64,000 nt of DNA from a phage. The stretch lies in sequence record PZ386948.1; one strand, 5' to 3'. The notes beneath the pieces are model-generated. The model made no database searches, was not told the DNA's origin, and saw nothing but the letters and a program-made list of their open reading frames with translations. The position numbers and the translations under genes are program-made. Below, piece after piece: positions 40,695 through 49,745 of this stretch (position 1 is its first letter; every line of letters starts with the position of its first letter).

Positions 40695-41168
40695 TTATTT
40701 GATTTGTTTAGCAGACCAAATGCGATCTTTAATAATTTTTTGGATGTCTTCAACATACACAAGAGAGTGAGCATGTGGATTATCTTTGAAACTATAAGCA
40801 CGAGCTAGTTTTTGGCCTTCAGTTTTGATTACTAAAAGCTCTTTAAGGATAGCTTCATATTTGGAGATAATTCCTTTAACAATATTTTTTTCTTGTGCAG
40901 CTTTAGGATCTGCTTTAGGAGCAGGTTTACCCGAAGCCTTTGCAAAAGCAGCGCCAGTAGCAACTAAACTTTTCCAGGCCATACTAACTGCATTTCCCGT
41001 AAATCCTTCCGCTTTCATGTCGCGTGCGAACTGGAATCGCGATTCATCAGAAGCATCTTTATAAGAATATTTACCCGCTGCAATGGCTGCTTTTGCGACA
41101 GCTTGAATTTCGGTGCTAGATGCTTCATTTAACACCGCTTCATTTAAAAATTGAGTATATGATTTCAT
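40695..41168 (-). CDS. internal-protein-like ORF with capsid-targeting-like N-terminus
   Basis: 157 aa; N-terminus MKSYTQFLNEA resembles T-even internal-protein targeting sequence MKTYQEFIAEA; Ala/Lys-rich. Confidence 0.45.
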   Translation of the reverse strand: MKSYTQFLNEAVLNEASSTEIQAVAKAAIAAGKYSYKDASDESRFQFARDMKAEGFTGNAVSMAWKSLVATGAAFAKASGKPAPKADPKAAQEKNIVKGIISKYEAILKELLVIKTEGQKLARAYSFKDNPHAHSLVYVEDIQKIIKDRIWSAKQIK

Positions 41169-41204
41169 CTTATTTCCTGTTTTAATTCGTGGTTTTAATA
41201 TACT

Positions 41205-41232
41205 TATTTATACTAAAAAGCCCCAACCTTTC
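41205..41232 (-). terminator. intrinsic terminator, copy 2 of repeated hairpin
   Basis: Identical 28-nt sequence to 40660-40687. Confidence 0.6.
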
Positions 41233-41251
41233 GGTCGGGGCTAAGCCTTGC

Positions 41252-41550
41252 GGCAACCTTGTCGGGGTTCCACCTGCTAAGGCAAGTGTTTGTACGAAAC
41301 GCCGGGATTCGAACCCGGTTATTAAGCAGTTGACGCTACTCAATATTTTTAAAAGGCCATATCTCGACCATATCCGAACGTTCCGTCAAAAACGCTACTC
41401 GGCTTACGGCAAAGATATTTCCTCGAATCGATAATTCGGTGCGCCGTTTCTGCTGTGATGTAAGAGGGCATCAATAAACGCAAAGATTATTAACGCAATT
41501 CCTTACTCAGGGAACATCAGTCCGACGACTTACCGGTAGCGACCCGGTTT
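41252..41550 (-). ncRNA. candidate structured small RNA
   Basis: ~300 nt without ORF; minus-strand perfect T-arm-like hairpin CCGGGUUCGAAUCCCGG; intrinsic terminator at 41205-41232. Confidence 0.35.
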
Positions 41551-41551
41551 C

Positions 41552-41902
41552 TTAATATTCTTTTAAAGCATCAATCTGTTTACGGCGTTCACGCCATAAA
41601 TCAATTGCTTCATACGCGGATTCAACATTTCGAATTGGACGGCATTTATATAAAGATTTGTGATTTTGATATTGCGTAGATAACGGAATTTTATCTAAAA
41701 GGTCTTTACGTTCAAAGTATTCGTAACCATCTAAGCCAAATGAACGATTTTTGAGAAATTGCCAATGACCAAATTCGTTTTGAATATAAATATAATCCGC
41801 ATGTTGATAAAGTAAATTAATTTCACGAAATGAGATATGTTTTTCATATTCATTGAAGTAAAATGTTAAATCATGAACTACTAAATAAACATTACCTTTC
41901 AT
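41552..41902 (-). CDS. hypothetical protein
   Basis: 116 aa ORF adjacent to tRNA-Arg. Confidence 0.45.
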   Translation of the reverse strand: MKGNVYLVVHDLTFYFNEYEKHISFREINLLYQHADYIYIQNEFGHWQFLKNRSFGLDGYEYFERKDLLDKIPLSTQYQNHKSLYKCRPIRNVESAYEAIDLWRERRKQIDALKEY

Positions 41903-41920
41903 ATTTTCCTCACTTATAAT

Positions 41921-41996
41921 TGGTCGAGGCAGTAGGGATCGAACCTACGACCTAGGACTTAGAAGGTCCTTGCTCTTCCTTCTGAGCTATGCCCCG
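41921..41996 (-). tRNA. tRNA-Arg (anticodon UCU)
   Basis: Minus-strand cloverleaf read by eye: anticodon arm AGGAC-CUUCUAA-GUCCU, T-arm GUAGG-UUCGAUC-CCUAC, encoded CCA. Confidence 0.8.
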
Positions 41997-42000
41997 TAAT

Positions 42001-42087
42001 TGGGGTGACCGATGGGAGTCGAACCACCCGAGTCGCAATGACAATGGATTTACAGTCCACACCGCTACCTCTACGGGATAACTCCCC
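42001..42087 (-). other. tRNA-like element, non-canonical (possible degenerate tRNA or small stable RNA)
   Basis: Has GGUUCGA T-loop-like motif, anticodon-like arm with GUA in loop and 3' CCA, but acceptor and T stems do not pair canonically by eye. Confidence 0.3.
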
Positions 42088-42100
42088 TTAATTCTTAATT

Positions 42101-42175
42101 TGGTGGCCCTGGGTGGAATTGAACCACCATCTGGCGATTATGAGTCGCTTGCTTGAACCTTCCAGCTACAGGGCC
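42101..42175 (-). tRNA. tRNA with CAU anticodon (Ile2-type or Met)
   Basis: Acceptor GGCCCUG/CAGGGCC, anticodon loop CUCAUAA, T-loop UUCAAUU, CCA encoded. Confidence 0.8.
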
Positions 42176-42176
42176 T

Positions 42177-42252
42177 TGGTGCTGATTGACGGAATCGAAC
42201 CGCCGACCTTCTCATTACAAGTGAGTTGCTCTACCTACTGAGCTAAATCAGC
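42177..42252 (-). tRNA. tRNA-Thr (anticodon UGU)
   Basis: Acceptor GCUGAUU/AAUCAGC, anticodon loop CUUGUAA, T-arm GGCGGUUCGAUUCCGUC. Confidence 0.8.
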
Positions 42253-42257
42253 AAAAC

Positions 42258-42347
42258 TGGCGGAGGCGATAGGATTTGAACCTATGAGTCGCCGGAGCGA
42301 CTGCCGGTTTTCAAGACCGGTGCATTAAACCACTCTGCCACGCCTCC
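42258..42347 (-). tRNA. tRNA-Ser (anticodon UGA)
   Basis: 90 nt type-II tRNA; reverse complement matches remembered T4 tRNA-Ser (GGAGGCGUGGCAGAGUGG...). Confidence 0.9.
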
Positions 42348-42353
42348 AAATAT

Positions 42354-43004
42354 TTATATATTGTTAATTTGATTTAGAATTCTTTTTGCTTGAGTATGAC
42401 TTACGCCAATATGCTTAGCATATTTAGACAATTCGCCACGTTTAGAAAAATCATATAATTTAGAAATTTCTATTCTTCTTTTTCTTTCATCCGCAGAAAC
42501 TTTTGCTTCGTTTGCTTTTGCTATTTTACGTTTAGCTTCTTGAGAATGAGTTTTACCAGCAAAGCCATTCTTCATTAATCCATTTGAAGACCATCCTTTT
42601 AATTTTCCGTTAGAATGTGCCTTTTTAACACCCAATGAAATTAATTCGCGTTGCTGATCTGTCATAGGATAATTATTTATATGATCCCATCCACCTTCAC
42701 CTCCAAGTTTTAAATTATACACATCTGGTCTATTTAAAAACTCTTCTGTGACAATATTTTTCTCGGCTTCAAGCATAGATTCTTTATCGTCAAAATACTC
42801 TAATATTTCTTTAGAAAAATTTTCTATACCATATTTATCTTGGGCTCTTTTTAATAATTTACCAGAACCCATATATCCATCATCTAAATTTTCGGTAGAA
42901 TGCACACCAATATAAATTTTATTATTAATTTTATTTGTTATTTTATAAAGATAAAAATGCATATCAGTCCCTAATAAAGAACTGAGCGTCTCACGACGAG
43001 TCAT
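42354..43004 (-). CDS. GIY-YIG homing endonuclease (SegB-like)
   Basis: 216 aa; GIY-YIG core YLYKITNKINNKIYIGV; C-terminal HTH-like tail; embedded between tRNA-Ser and tRNA-Gly. Confidence 0.75.
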   Translation of the reverse strand: MTRRETLSSLLGTDMHFYLYKITNKINNKIYIGVHSTENLDDGYMGSGKLLKRAQDKYGIENFSKEILEYFDDKESMLEAEKNIVTEEFLNRPDVYNLKLGGEGGWDHINNYPMTDQQRELISLGVKKAHSNGKLKGWSSNGLMKNGFAGKTHSQEAKRKIAKANEAKVSADERKRRIEISKLYDFSKRGELSKYAKHIGVSHTQAKRILNQINNI

Positions 43005-43008
43005 AAAT

Positions 43009-43082
<74 letters not shown>

Positions 43083-43087
43083 AAATT

Positions 43088-43174
43088 TGGTGCGAGAAGT
43101 GGGACTCGAACCCACAAGGAAATCATTCCGCAGCATTTTAAGTGCTGTGCCTTTACCAATTTGACCATTCTCGC
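43088..43174 (-). tRNA. tRNA-Leu (anticodon UAA)
   Basis: 87 nt type-II tRNA; reverse complement matches remembered T4 tRNA-Leu (GCGAGAAUGGUCAAAUUGG...). Confidence 0.9.
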
Positions 43175-43180
43175 GCTATA

Positions 43181-43813
43181 TTATTTATTACGTGAAAAAG
43201 ACTGTTCTATCAATTCTGGACACTTTCGTTCTATCCATTTTCTAGCTTTTTGTGGGCTTATACCTATTATTTTAGCAGCTTTACTAACCCATCCAAATTT
43301 AGAATAATCGATTTTAACTAATTCTTCGTAAATTTCATCAGTTAAAATCTTTTCATTAATATTTACCAGTAAATGATATAATTTATTATCATTAGCAATT
43401 TTAATGAATCTTTTATAGTTTCCGCCTTTACTTAAACCTAATGAAGTAATTGCAGATGATATAGTAGCCGAATTTAATAGTGCGTTTAAAATTTCTTCAT
43501 CACTAACATTATAACGCTTTTTATTATTTTTAATATTTTTACCAGCAAAAGTATCAGTTTGCGAATGGCAGTTTGGACATAATAATCTTAAATTTGATTT
43601 AAGATGATTTTTGTTATTTCCATCAATATGGTCTAATTGCAGAACAATATGCTTATTTTGCCATTTTGAAATTTTACAAATTGCACACTCATATGGAAAA
43701 ATATTTTCTTTTATTATTTTGTCTTTCAGCTTTCCTGTACTAAAATTTGGATGTTTTCCTTCAAAAATTTCAGCTAATTTAGTATCCATAATATGATTCC
43801 CAATTATTAACAA
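43181..43813 (-). CDS. HNH homing endonuclease with zinc-finger and C-terminal HTH-like tail
   Basis: 210 aa; CAIC...HIDGNNKNH...NLRLLCPNCH; abuts tRNA-Leu. Confidence 0.7.
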   Translation of the reverse strand: MLIIGNHIMDTKLAEIFEGKHPNFSTGKLKDKIIKENIFPYECAICKISKWQNKHIVLQLDHIDGNNKNHLKSNLRLLCPNCHSQTDTFAGKNIKNNKKRYNVSDEEILNALLNSATISSAITSLGLSKGGNYKRFIKIANDNKLYHLLVNINEKILTDEIYEELVKIDYSKFGWVSKAAKIIGISPQKARKWIERKCPELIEQSFSRNK

Positions 43814-43888
43814 AGGCTCTCTAACAAGAACCCTTGATGATAGAGGGTATTAATCAGTGCGGTATGAGTTAATAATAACAAATAATTC

Positions 43889-44404
43889 TTAAAGCAAATT
43901 AAACATTTTAACGGTCGGCAAAACAATTTCTTTTTCTATATAAGAGTATTTAACACTCTCAACTACACGCAAAAAATCATAATCATAATACTCAGAAGCA
44001 TTACCTAAAATATTAATAAGTCCTTCAAGCACTTTATTACCATTCACAAAGAATAAGTCAAATACGCGTTCTTCGTCTTCTTCGGATTTATTACCAAGGT
44101 CAACTTCTATATCAAAGACCTTTTTAATGAATTCTGGATAAAGTTGTTCTGAGAACAGTCCTTCAACCAAGTATTCATAAATAAAAAGCGATTGCTCGCT
44201 GAACAAGCCATTACCACAATAACGTTCAGCTTTAGTACTAGAATGTCTACTTTTAAACTTCTTTAAAAGATATTGAAATTGTAAGATTTCATGCTCTTCT
44301 ACGCCAAACAGTGTTTTAGTTTTATAGTTGTCACCATCATTTTCCCAGGTAGTGACATCAATTACGTAACCCTGTGGAATTGTAGTACCTAAACAAATAT
44401 TCAT
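43889..44404 (-). CDS. hypothetical protein
   Basis: 171 aa ORF. Confidence 0.45.
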   Translation of the reverse strand: MNICLGTTIPQGYVIDVTTWENDGDNYKTKTLFGVEEHEILQFQYLLKKFKSRHSSTKAERYCGNGLFSEQSLFIYEYLVEGLFSEQLYPEFIKKVFDIEVDLGNKSEEDEERVFDLFFVNGNKVLEGLINILGNASEYYDYDFLRVVESVKYSYIEKEIVLPTVKMFNLL

Positions 44405-44694
44405 TTGCTCACCATATTAATGTAAGTATATTCAATACATTCAAGACCCAAAGGATTCTTGAAAATATCATATTCAAGAGGACCTTTTTCTGTTTCAATA
44501 AAGAAATCAAAATTTACTGTATTAAATTTACGGTCTTCCTTCACTAATTTAACCTGAGAAGATGAACGGTCAATGTAAACCTTTTCAACTTCAAAACATG
44601 TTAAAACGCCATAATCATCAATCAAGGCTTTAGCCGCGTCTTGATCATATTTATATCCATTTTCAATTGACGATACTTTAGCATAAAGAATCAT
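44401..44694 (-). CDS. hypothetical protein
   Basis: 97 aa ORF. Confidence 0.4.
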   Translation of the reverse strand: MILYAKVSSIENGYKYDQDAAKALIDDYGVLTCFEVEKVYIDRSSSQVKLVKEDRKFNTVNFDFFIETEKGPLEYDIFKNPLGLECIEYTYINMVSK

Positions 44695-44696
44695 TA

Positions 44697-45116
44697 TCAG
44701 CCTTCATCAACAATAGTATGAGTGTGGGCATTTACAATTTGCCACCAATCAAAGCGATTAGAACCACACATCGGTTTGTTTTCATTTTCTTTGATAATAT
44801 CACGAAGTTCATCTTCGGTAGCGGCTTTCGCGATTAAATCAGCATATCCACCGCGAGGATAATAATTATCACCTGCAAAAAGTAAAAAGTTCGGTTTAAT
44901 ATTATTGAACTCTTCAAGAGTAATAACTTTTCCTGTCGGTTGAACAATCTCTACATATTTATATCCTAATTTTTGAGCAGCATCTACTGCTTCAAGCAAA
45001 GTATCATGAGCCCATCCAATTTGACAACCTGGCTTTTCAGATGGATTAGCCTGATAATCCGCGTACACTTTATACATTCTATTCACCTTTAGAAATTTTA
45101 TCCATAACGATAGCAA
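44697..45116 (-). CDS. hypothetical protein
   Basis: 139 aa ORF; probable internal start. Confidence 0.4.
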   Translation of the reverse strand: MLSLWIKFLKVNRMYKVYADYQANPSEKPGCQIGWAHDTLLEAVDAAQKLGYKYVEIVQPTGKVITLEEFNNIKPNFLLFAGDNYYPRGGYADLIAKAATEDELRDIIKENENKPMCGSNRFDWWQIVNAHTHTIVDEG

Positions 45117-45264
45117 TTAAACCAATTAAAAATGCTACTACAAGTGAAAAAACATTTTCTGCTGTAGTTAATAATCCGCATATAAATCCAACAAACATTG
45201 AAAAACTAAAAGCAGAAGCAGAAATTGCAATAGCAACATTTCGAATTAATTCACAACGTTTCAT
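45079..45264 (-). CDS. small membrane protein
   Basis: Start set at MKRCELI; hydrophobic; preceded by promoter repeat. Confidence 0.4.
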   Translation of the reverse strand: MKRCELIRNVAIAISASAFSFSMFVGFICGLLTTAENVFSLVVAFLIGLIAIVMDKISKGE

Positions 45265-45292
45265 TTTATTCTCCTCAGTAGCTGATAGGGTA

Positions 45293-45322
45293 ATAGTATC
45301 ACTACTAAAACCCAATGTAAAC
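45293..45322 (-). promoter_or_regulatory. early-type promoter repeat for small membrane ORF 45079-45264
   Basis: Same repeat unit. Confidence 0.5.
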
Positions 45323-45325
45323 AAT

Positions 45326-45550
45326 TTATTCAACGCCAGCGGCTTTCAAAAGTTTCTTAAGATTGGCAACACCTTGAGCAGAAAATGTGACCTTGCCACC
45401 TTTTTCACTGATAGAACCAACCAATTTAGCAAGTTTATCATTAGGAATTTTTTTAAAATCAGCCAATGTTCCATCAAAGGTTTTTGAAACAAAAGGCAGT
45501 TCGTCTTCGCGTCTTTTAGCTTCTACAATAAATTCTTGATATGTTTTCAT
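45326..45550 (-). CDS. internal-protein-like (capsid-targeting N-terminus)
   Basis: Start MKTYQEFIVEA... equals T-even IP targeting sequence consensus; preceded by promoter repeat. Confidence 0.65.
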   Translation of the reverse strand: MKTYQEFIVEAKRREDELPFVSKTFDGTLADFKKIPNDKLAKLVGSISEKGGKVTFSAQGVANLKKLLKAAGVE

Positions 45551-45586
45551 TTTAGTTTCCATTTGAGTGTTTGTTTTGATAGGGTA

Positions 45587-45616
45587 ATAGTATCACTACT
45601 AAAACCCAATGTAAAC
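45587..45616 (-). promoter_or_regulatory. early-type promoter repeat (GTTTACA-17-TACTAT) for IP-like gene 45326-45550
   Basis: Minus-strand GTTTAC/TTTACA then 17 nt then TGxTACTAT; same ~55-bp unit repeated at 45293, 45953, 46283. Confidence 0.55.
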
Positions 45617-45634
45617 AACTTTGTGAAAAATTTA

Positions 45635-45922
45635 TTACAAAAGATTTTTAGCAATAATCTTGAGATGTGCCGCAGAAATGTGTTTAGCTTTAAACAACGC
45701 AGTTTCTTCAGCAGGAGAGATAACGATTGTAGCACCATCCTTTTTAGCAGACCACCCATCGCCTAGGTAAACAGTACCTTTGATTTCTTCGCCATCAACC
45801 AGACTAATCATTGGTTTACCTTCTCGTCCTTTATTTGCTTTAATAACTTCAGAAGTAAGAGTAGCTTCGGTAATAGTAGAAACCGGGGTAGTTGTAGAAG
45901 TAAATTCTTTGAAAGTTTTCAT
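45635..45922 (-). CDS. internal-protein-like (capsid-targeting N-terminus)
   Basis: 95 aa; MKTFKEFTSTTTPVSTITEA...; preceded by promoter repeat. Confidence 0.6.
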   Translation of the reverse strand: MKTFKEFTSTTTPVSTITEATLTSEVIKANKGREGKPMISLVDGEEIKGTVYLGDGWSAKKDGATIVISPAEETALFKAKHISAAHLKIIAKNLL

Positions 45923-45952
45923 TTTATTTTCCTAATTAATTTTGATAGGGTA

Positions 45953-45982
45953 ATAGTATCACAACTAAAACCCTATGTAAAC
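45953..45982 (-). promoter_or_regulatory. early-type promoter repeat for IP-like gene 45635-45922
   Basis: Same repeat unit. Confidence 0.55.
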
Positions 45983-45994
45983 AACTTTGTGAAA

Positions 45995-46252
45995 TTATTT
46001 TAAATCTTCTAATCGTTTCTTCATCTTAGAACCGTTCTTAGCGATTTCGCCTGCATCAGAGCATAATGCTAAAAGCGCTTTAACTTTAGTTTGGTCTCCT
46101 TTAAAAGATGAAGGATCAACAGCAGCAGCAAGTTCTTTAATACGAGAGAAAAGACGCTCAGCTTCAGCTAAAGCCATTCCAAGCTTTACTTCCATACCGC
46201 GGGAAGATTCAGTAATAGTAGTTTTTGTAGCAAACTCTTTGAAAGTTTTCAT
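45995..46252 (-). CDS. internal-protein-like (capsid-targeting N-terminus)
   Basis: 85 aa; MKTFKEFATKTTITES...; preceded by promoter repeat. Confidence 0.6.
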   Translation of the reverse strand: MKTFKEFATKTTITESSRGMEVKLGMALAEAERLFSRIKELAAAVDPSSFKGDQTKVKALLALCSDAGEIAKNGSKMKKRLEDLK

Positions 46253-46282
46253 TTTATTTTCCTAATTAATTTTGATGAGGTA

Positions 46283-46312
46283 ATAGTATCACTACCTCAT
46301 CAGTATGTAAAC
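46283..46312 (-). promoter_or_regulatory. early-type promoter repeat for IP-like gene 45995-46252
   Basis: Same repeat unit. Confidence 0.55.
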
Positions 46313-46324
46313 AACTTTGTGAAA

Positions 46325-47009
<685 letters not shown>

Positions 47010-47010
<1 letters not shown>

Positions 47011-47735
47011 TATAGTACCTTTAGTGTATTTTTAATTTTAGAAAAAAGTTCTTCAAGAGAACCATCGTTTGTAATTACTAAATCGCCATCACGAATTGGC
47101 AATCCAGCTTCTGTAATATGTGTATCATTGGATTTTTGACCAGGACGAACTACATGAATTACTGTAGCACCCATCGCCCTAGCCGCATCCATTTCATGAT
47201 CTTGACGGGTATCAGGAACGATATAATAATCATAACCTGAGTTAAATTTATCAAGATAATCTAAAGCAAATAATTTTACCCAGTACATGCGGTCGAAGTT
47301 ATTAACAATCAAATCCGTACCTAGGGCTTGCATCAGACGACGGACTGACCATTGATCTTCAATATTATTTATAACGTCAATAATCTTGTTAAATGCTACG
47401 GAATTAACTGATTCTTGTCCTTCGTCATCAAAAACAAACACACCCTTAATTGGGCTTTTACCGTTAAGATAGCAAAATGCTTGTTCCATAATCGTGATTA
47501 CTTCTGATTTAGTCAGATTTAAATTAGTCTCACGATCATAGTCAATTCCTTCAAACTCTTTACGAGTTAAGCAAGGATAGTCAGTGTTTGCTGCAAATAC
47601 TCCCCATGCATAAGCCAATGCATCCTTAATAGGACCAGCAAGTTGGTATTTAACTGCAGAATAATTGCTCATGATAAAATCAGCAGTAGTATCTTTTCCA
47701 CTACGCTTTACACCGCTTAAAAAGATTAGTTTCAT
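47010..47735 (-). CDS. 1: deoxynucleoside monophosphate kinase gp1
   Basis: Start set at MKLIFLSGVKRSGKDT (P-loop) giving 241 aa as T4 gp1. Confidence 0.85.
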
Positions 47736-47784
47736 GTGTTTCTCCTCAAATTTAATTAAGATTATAACACACAAAACTGAAGCA

Positions 47785-48315
47785 TTAAACTTCTGCTATA
47801 ATTTTACCATCTTTTTCTACTTGAAAATACGTATAAGGAATCGTAGCTGTACATACTAAAGCCGGGTCTGAATCTTCTGTGTAGCTAAATTCTACTTCAG
47901 ATAGGTCAGAAACCCAAGGCTTATAAAAATTTATTGACATCACGATTTCAGTTTTGCTATTATCTAAGATGTAAAGCGTAATGTACTCAGGACCTGTTTT
48001 TTGGGCAGTATTTTCACCTGTAAGATAGTTGCTAGTTCCTAGCATCCATTCATACATTCCTATCCACGACTTAAGTTCTTCATCAACTATAAATCTCACA
48101 ATGAGTGGATCATACTCAAATGTAACACCTGGACGTTGTGCTCTACCCAGTCCAAACGGCCCAGTCACGGTATCAGTAACAGGTATTCTAATTCCTGGAA
48201 TAGGAACTGACTGAGCATTTAAAGTAAAAGCAGATGTAGTATTACTATGTGGTATTGATACTACAAAGTTAGTTGTATTTGCTTGGTTAAAAATTTGTTG
48301 CAGAGCTTGCGACAT
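47785..48315 (-). CDS. 3: tail completion / sheath stabiliser gp3
   Basis: Start set at internal Met MSQALQQIF giving 176 aa; synteny 1-3-2-4. Confidence 0.7.
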   Translation of the reverse strand: MSQALQQIFNQANTTNFVVSIPHSNTTSAFTLNAQSVPIPGIRIPVTDTVTGPFGLGRAQRPGVTFEYDPLIVRFIVDEELKSWIGMYEWMLGTSNYLTGENTAQKTGPEYITLYILDNSKTEIVMSINFYKPWVSDLSEVEFSYTEDSDPALVCTATIPYTYFQVEKDGKIIAEV

Positions 48316-48421
48316 ATATTCCTCATAATGCTTTATAACTGTTGGTGGTATAATGGGTCTAAGTCCCTTCCATTCAATTCCATTTAGAACAAACAACAGA
48401 AAAGAATGGAAGATAATAGAA

Positions 48422-49246
48422 TTAGATATTTGACCAGACTTTGTTTGCAGAGAAACGTTTTCCTTTTGAAACGAACTGCTGAAGTGGCATCAACACAACG
48501 TTCGCCCAGTCTTTCGGGGCGATTTCAACAAGGCTACCCATAATATTACCAGGTATATATGCCTTAATCATTTGGTCTGCACCCCTAAATCCTTTCACTT
48601 GACTCCAATCAATTTTTAATTTCGTTTTATTAGTAATAGTAGGTGTATTTGCATATTGCTTTAAAAGCTCTTCTAGGAATTGCTGACGAGCTTTAGGTGG
48701 AATATAGTGCAAGTTTAATCCGTACATTAAATTATGCTTACCTAAACCAAGGTAAATTATCAAAGGAAATTTATCCCAGTAAGGAAGAGTTTCCTTGTGT
48801 TTAGCATCATAAGCAAAAGCATATATTCGTCCCGGCTGCGGGCGAACAACTTTATGTCCTTTTACTTGCTTAATAGTTTCAGCAAACCATTTTCTGGTTT
48901 TATTATTAATTGCTGCACCTTCATTACGAATTTTATCACGCAATGTTTGTCTGAATGAATTTATCATAAGCAGTTGTCTTTCTTGCTTATTGAGCTTATT
49001 CATTGGTTTTGATTCAAGCTTTTGAATCTTTTCAGCCGTTTTAATTCCTGAAGCATATTTTGACATTGCCGAAGTAAACGTAGAGTATTTGATTCCTCTT
49101 TCTTCAGCAAATTGCTTTCCTGTCATTCCTTTTGCTTTGGCCTTTTTATATTCAAGACCTATCTGAATCCATTTCTTTTCGTTTAATGATTGCTTAACCT
49201 TTGGAACTTGGGGAGTGCTTTCATTAATTATTTGAAAAATAGCCAT
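48422..49246 (-). CDS. 2: DNA end-protector protein gp2
   Basis: 274 aa; synteny and length as T4 gp2. Confidence 0.8.
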
Positions 49247-49698
49247 TATGCCCCCTTAAAGCCAAGAGCTCGTAATCCATCTTCTGTTAAAATTCTAAAT
49301 TTTATTCCACGCTTTTCAGCTAAAGATTGTGCTGCTTTCCATTTGTCGGTGTTAACAGACCAGGTATAAATTTCATTCATAAATCTTTTCTTCGCTGCGG
49401 TTGTTAGATGCGCCGGTTTAACTGGTGGTTGTGTTTCTTTTTTAGGTTTTATTTCAATAAAAAATTCTTGTCCAGAAGAATCTTTCATCCAAATATCCAT
49501 GAAGTATCTACGTTTTTTCCCTTCTGCATTACAAAAATAAGGAATTACTGCTGTTTCACTACCCCATGCAATAATTTCTGGATTTTTATCTAACCATTCA
49601 AAAAAGAATTTTTCCCAATTTGATCTATACGTAATTTTTTTAGGGTCACCTCTATACTTTGATATATTTTTAGGAACCCATTTTCCAGAATATGCCAT
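49246..49698 (-). CDS. 4: head completion protein gp4
   Basis: 150 aa; synteny and length; late promoter upstream. Confidence 0.8.
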
Positions 49699-49709
49699 TG
49701 GATTCTCCT

Positions 49710-49717
49710 TATAAATA
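49710..49717 (+). promoter_or_regulatory. late promoter (TATAAATA) for gene 53
   Basis: Exact TATAAATA about 29 nt upstream of gene 53 ATG. Confidence 0.6.
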
Positions 49718-49724
49718 GATAATA

Positions 49725-49732
49725 TATTTATA
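49725..49732 (-). promoter_or_regulatory. late promoter (TATAAATA) for gene 4 operon
   Basis: Minus-strand TATAAATA about 27 nt upstream of gene 4 ATG; divergent with gene 53 promoter. Confidence 0.55.
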
Positions 49733-49745
49733 AACAGGAGGGCCC

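Noticed and set aside
42001-42087. Calling the 87-nt element a canonical tRNA-Tyr or tRNA-Pro
   Set aside because: Acceptor and T stems do not pair in a standard cloverleaf by eye; kept only as a low-confidence tRNA-like element.
45547-45759. 70-aa minus-strand ORF overlapping IP-like gene 45635-45922 and the promoter repeat
   Set aside because: Alternative frame across a promoter repeat and a better-supported gene.
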